64,000 nucleotides of DNA, from assembly GCA_965261685.1 (NCBI GenBank), contig CBDHDI010000018.1:13029-77028 (forward strand), written 5' to 3'. Shown in pieces: positions 60,916-64,000 of the stretch. The notes beneath the pieces were generated by a model. The model saw nothing but the letters and a program-made list of their open reading frames with translations, was not told where the DNA came from and searched no databases. The translations under genes were made by a program, and so were the position numbers. The number at the start of each line of letters is the position of its first letter. Within the stretch, counting starts at the first letter, position 1. This stretch comes from Dehalococcoidia bacterium (lineage in GTDB: Bacteria; Chloroflexota; Dehalococcoidia; UBA2979).

Positions 60916-62415
60916 CTAACGCATCCGGCTCCTGCCTTGAGTGTTGACGGCAAATCGCTCCGTCGGCCACGGGTGGAGGATGGTCACGGGGGGCCAGTAC
61001 TCCCGGCGCAAGGCGTCCAGACGTTCCCATGGGTAGCGTGCCCGCTGCGACCTTCGGCGGATAGTCCGCATCCAGAGCCGCCGCAGGGACCACACGAATT
61101 GCGACAGCGACGGGCCGCTTGTGGGCACCGCGTAATAGCCAAGCCATCCGCGAAGCACCCGAGCAAGCCACCGTGCTGTCACCACCGGGTCGTCATGCAT
61201 GCGCCTACGCAACTCGGCCTTGATGGCCTTGAGGGTCCGTCGCATCCGCTTCGGGACCGGTTTCCGGCCCAGACCGAAGCGCCCATTGCGCTTTGTCCGG
61301 CAGTAGTGCGTGAAGCCGAGGAAGCCGAACGTCTCCGGTCGGCCCTCCCCGCGCTCCCTGCGGTTCGCTCTCGCGAACCTGCCGAACTCCAACAGGCGCG
61401 TCTTCTCCGGGTGCACTTCCAGCCCGAACGCTGCGAACCGCTCCCCGACCGCCTCCATGAATCGCTCCGCATCGCTGCGGTACTGAAACCCCAGGACGAA
61501 ATCATCGGCGTACCTCACGAGATACGCCTCGCCCCGGACCTCCCGCGGCCGCCATTCCCGCGCGAACCAGCCGTCGAGCACGTGGTGCAGGTATACGTTC
61601 GCCAGCAGCGGCGATATCACCGCCCCCTGCGGCGTCCCCCTCACCACGTCGACCTCTAGCCCCGCGTCGATGACGCCGGCGTTCAGCCACTTCCGGATGA
61701 GACGCAACACCCGCTGGTCCCCGATACGCATCTCCAGAAACTGCATCAGCTGCTCCCGGTCGATGCTGTCGAAGTACTGGCGGATGTCCACCTCCACTAT
61801 CCAGTTGACCTTGCGCCGCTCCACCGCGTAGGCCAGCGCGTCCAGCGCGTTGTGCGCCGAGCGCCCCGGCCTGAACCCGTAGCTGAATCCGTAGAACTCC
61901 GATTCGTAGATCGGGTTCAGGATCTGCTCCACCACCGCCCGCTGGACGATCTTGTCCTCCAGCGAGGCAATACCCAGCTGTCGCATGCCCCCGTCAGGCT
62001 TCGGTATCTCTACCCGCCGAACAGGGGCCGCCCGGTACGCTCCACGGTGTACGCGACCGTGCAGGTCGAGCAATCGCTCGTCCAGCCCGTCCCCGTACTC
62101 GCGCCACGTCATCCCGTCGGCGCCCGGAGCTGCGTCCCGCTTGAGCGCGAGATACGCATCCCGGAGCGCCTCCGGCGTGATGTGGTGCAGGAGCGCGGTG
62201 AGCCTCTCCCCCGGATTCCTCTTGACGAACTGCCGTATCCGCTCCGCTCCGGGTGACACCGCCCCCCGACTCTGCGTCCGGACCGTGCCGGTGCTTCGCG
62301 GATTCCTCTCGGCCGCGGCCCTTCGCTCCAGTGGCTCCGCCGGGGCTCGCGCCCCCTTGTTCGCCGCCTTCATCGCTACTACGGCCGCGTCAGACTGCTG
62401 CGCGTCGTGCATCAT
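60916..62415 (-). CDS. ltrA: Group II intron reverse transcriptase/maturase (no En domain)
   Basis: APGADG, IPKPDGG.RQLGI, SYGFRPGRS, GTPQGAVISPLLANVYL, RYADD, FLGFT and X domain. Start inferred at MMHDAQQSD. Confidence 0.93.
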   Translation of the reverse strand: MMHDAQQSDAAVVAMKAANKGARAPAEPLERRAAAERNPRSTGTVRTQSRGAVSPGAERIRQFVKRNPGERLTALLHHITPEALRDAYLALKRDAAPGADGMTWREYGDGLDERLLDLHGRVHRGAYRAAPVRRVEIPKPDGGMRQLGIASLEDKIVQRAVVEQILNPIYESEFYGFSYGFRPGRSAHNALDALAYAVERRKVNWIVEVDIRQYFDSIDREQLMQFLEMRIGDQRVLRLIRKWLNAGVIDAGLEVDVVRGTPQGAVISPLLANVYLHHVLDGWFAREWRPREVRGEAYLVRYADDFVLGFQYRSDAERFMEAVGERFAAFGLEVHPEKTRLLEFGRFARANRRERGEGRPETFGFLGFTHYCRTKRNGRFGLGRKPVPKRMRRTLKAIKAELRRRMHDDPVVTARWLARVLRGWLGYYAVPTSGPSLSQFVWSLRRLWMRTIRRRSQRARYPWERLDALRREYWPPVTILHPWPTERFAVNTQGRSRMR

Positions 62416-62778
62416 CGGCTCCGGTTGCTTCCCTTCCCGATGCGGTCCCGGCGTACGACACGCCGGGACGGCGCGCAGCCCTCCCCGGTCCCGGTGTTGG
62501 ACGTGCATGCGTGCGTGAGTTCTTTGACACCGCGGAGCCCGGCGACGGCTCGCCCTGTGGCGCCGTAACCGGTGTTGCCTTCGACCATACCAATAGCCTC
62601 GGCACTCCGAATTGCCCTTTTCGATGCTCGATAGCTCCGCCCGCATACCCCGCTGCCGACGCTTCGCGTGTCGCCTCGCGACGACCCACGCACGGCTCGC
62701 GGAGCGGCATGGAATGGCTCATTCCTTTGCCGCAGAGGACTTCCACCTCCTGCCCATCCACCAGTTAGCCGGGCGCTC

Positions 62779-63459
62779 TGGCATGAGGGCCGGTCTCCTC
62801 CTCAAGGGGGATACTCGCCCCCTGAAACAGCGGCCTCGATGGGCCAAGAGCGGCTCGGAAGAGCCTTGACGAGGTAGGAGACCGGCCATGCAGCAGGATA
62901 GCGCAACGACGCGGAGCATTGAAGGCAAGGATGGGCCCGCCATCACCGTCGGCCTCGACGTGGGCGATCGTTACACGCACGTCCACGCGCTCGGCGCCGG
63001 CGGGGAGGTGATACGCGAGCGGCGCGTCCGCACCGCGGCGGCGGCGCTGGGCGCAGCGCTGACCGGCCTCCCGCCGGCGCGGGTCGTGCTCGAGGCAGGG
63101 CCACGCTCGCCGTGGCTGAGCCGCGTCGTGGCGGACCTCGGCCATGAGGTGGTCGTCGCCAACCCTCGCCAGGTCGCGCTGATCGCCGGCAGCCAGCGCA
63201 AGACCGACCGGCTCGACGCCGCGTGGCTGGCGCGGCTGGGGCGCTTCGACCCGGAGTTGCTCGCCCCGATCCGCCACAGGAGCGAGCAGAGTCAGCACAA
63301 TCTCGCCGTGGTGCGCGCCCGCGACGCGCTGGTGCGATCGAGGACGTTGCTCATCAACCACGTGCGCGGGGCCGTCAAGGCCTGCGGCGACGCGCTGCCG
63401 TCGTGCACGGCCGTGGCCTTTCACCGCAAGACGGCGGACCACATTCCCGACGGGCTGCG
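62779..63459 (+). mobile_element. IS1111 element, 5' half (transposase 62888-63459 truncated)
   Basis: TGGCATGAGGGCCGGTCT left end as at 39522; VGLDVG and KTDRLDA motifs; cut at HIPDGLR by ISNCY. Confidence 0.9.
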
Positions 63460-64000
63460 TGTCGTTGAGCAGCGATTCGGTCAGTAGTTAACGGAGCAGC
63501 GATTCTGTCAGTCCCCAGCCAGCGAGCAGGGGGTGACAGGTGCAGCAGTCCGAAGAAGCACGACGCTACGTACTCGAAGGGGTGATGGCCGGAGATCTGC
63601 GGGCCTCGCAGGCCGCCGAGATCCTGGGCATCAGCGAGCGACACGCGTGGCGGCTCCTCGCCGCCTACCGTGCGCGCGGAACCGCCGCGTTGGAGCACGG
63701 CAACCGCGGGCGCCGTCCGCACAACGCCGTCCCGGCCGCCGTCGCCGCGGCCGTGGTGCGCTTCGCCAGCACCCGCTACCCGGGAGCGAACCACACCCAC
63801 CTCGCCGAGTTGCTCTGGGAGCACGAGGACCTGGACGTGAGCAGTTGGACCGTCCGCCGGATCCTGGCGCGGGCCGGCATCGCGAGTCCCCGCCGCCGCC
63901 GGCCCCCCGAGCACCGTGTCCGGCGTGAGCGGATGCCCCGCGAGGGGATGCTGCTCCAGGTCGACGGCAGCCACCACGCCTGGCTCGAGCAACGCGGTCC
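63460..64000 (+). mobile_element. ISNCY/IS1202-like element (runs off the window; transposase starts at 63540)
   Basis: Inverted copy of the left part of 56423-58050; starts TGTCGTTGAGCAGCGATTC. Confidence 0.92.

Larger units (their letters stand above)
59198..62778 (-). mobile_element. Group II intron (class E-like), interrupted in domain V by IS1380
   Basis: 5' GAGCG at 62778. DV GAGCCGGATGCG-TTAG-CGCGCACGTCCGGATC is split by the IS. DVI ...CCTACCGCGA(AT); the 3' end is at 59198 or 59196. Confidence 0.88.

Noticed and set aside
60916-62646. RT as retron, DGR or defence RT
   Set aside because: It has group II intron RT0-7 and X motifs, and flanking DV/DVI and EBS1 structures are present. 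No TR/VR pair or msr-msd was found.
1-64000. CRISPR array, tRNA or rRNA genes
   Set aside because: No regularly spaced repeat-spacer array and no cloverleaf or rRNA-like sequence seen. The repeats present are IS copies or coding repeats.
56423-64000. Functional composite transposon bounded by the two ISNCY copies
   Set aside because: The split GGCTGCG TSD shows the arrangement arose by inversion of pre-existing nested elements, and the interior contains only IS and intron debris.

Overview
A very GC-rich, transposon-saturated accessory region that looks like a decaying integrative or conjugative element. The LRR/FN3/cadherin/TolB/TPR surface proteins resemble those of Chloroflexota-type host-associated bacteria, but this taxonomy is inference only. 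I found no rRNA, tRNA or CRISPR array. Mobile elements: four IS1380 copies, four IS21-family elements (istA/istB), four ISNCY/IS1202-like elements, three IS110/IS1111 elements and one group II intron with an intact RT. Other genes: two convergent large serine recombinases, an HTH/LexA-like regulatory cluster, remnants of relaxase and coupling-protein genes, candidate defence genes (sacsin-like GHKL-DUF3883; tandem nucleoside-deoxyribosyltransferase-like domains fused to a P-loop ATPase) and a three-gene surface-protein operon. Most notable: (1) an IS1111 whose 3' non-coding region folds into a bridge/seekRNA-like structure with guides matching the terminal repeat of the IS1202-like element it sits in, itself nested in an IS21; (2) two serine recombinase genes whose 3' ends meet at a 54-bp attP-like pseudo-palindrome with a 2-bp core; (3) a group II intron whose EBS1 matches the left end of that IS1111 family and whose domain V is split by an IS1380; (4) a 5.4-kb inversion shown by split target-site duplications; (5) a recurrent small-ORF family with a conserved structured leader.
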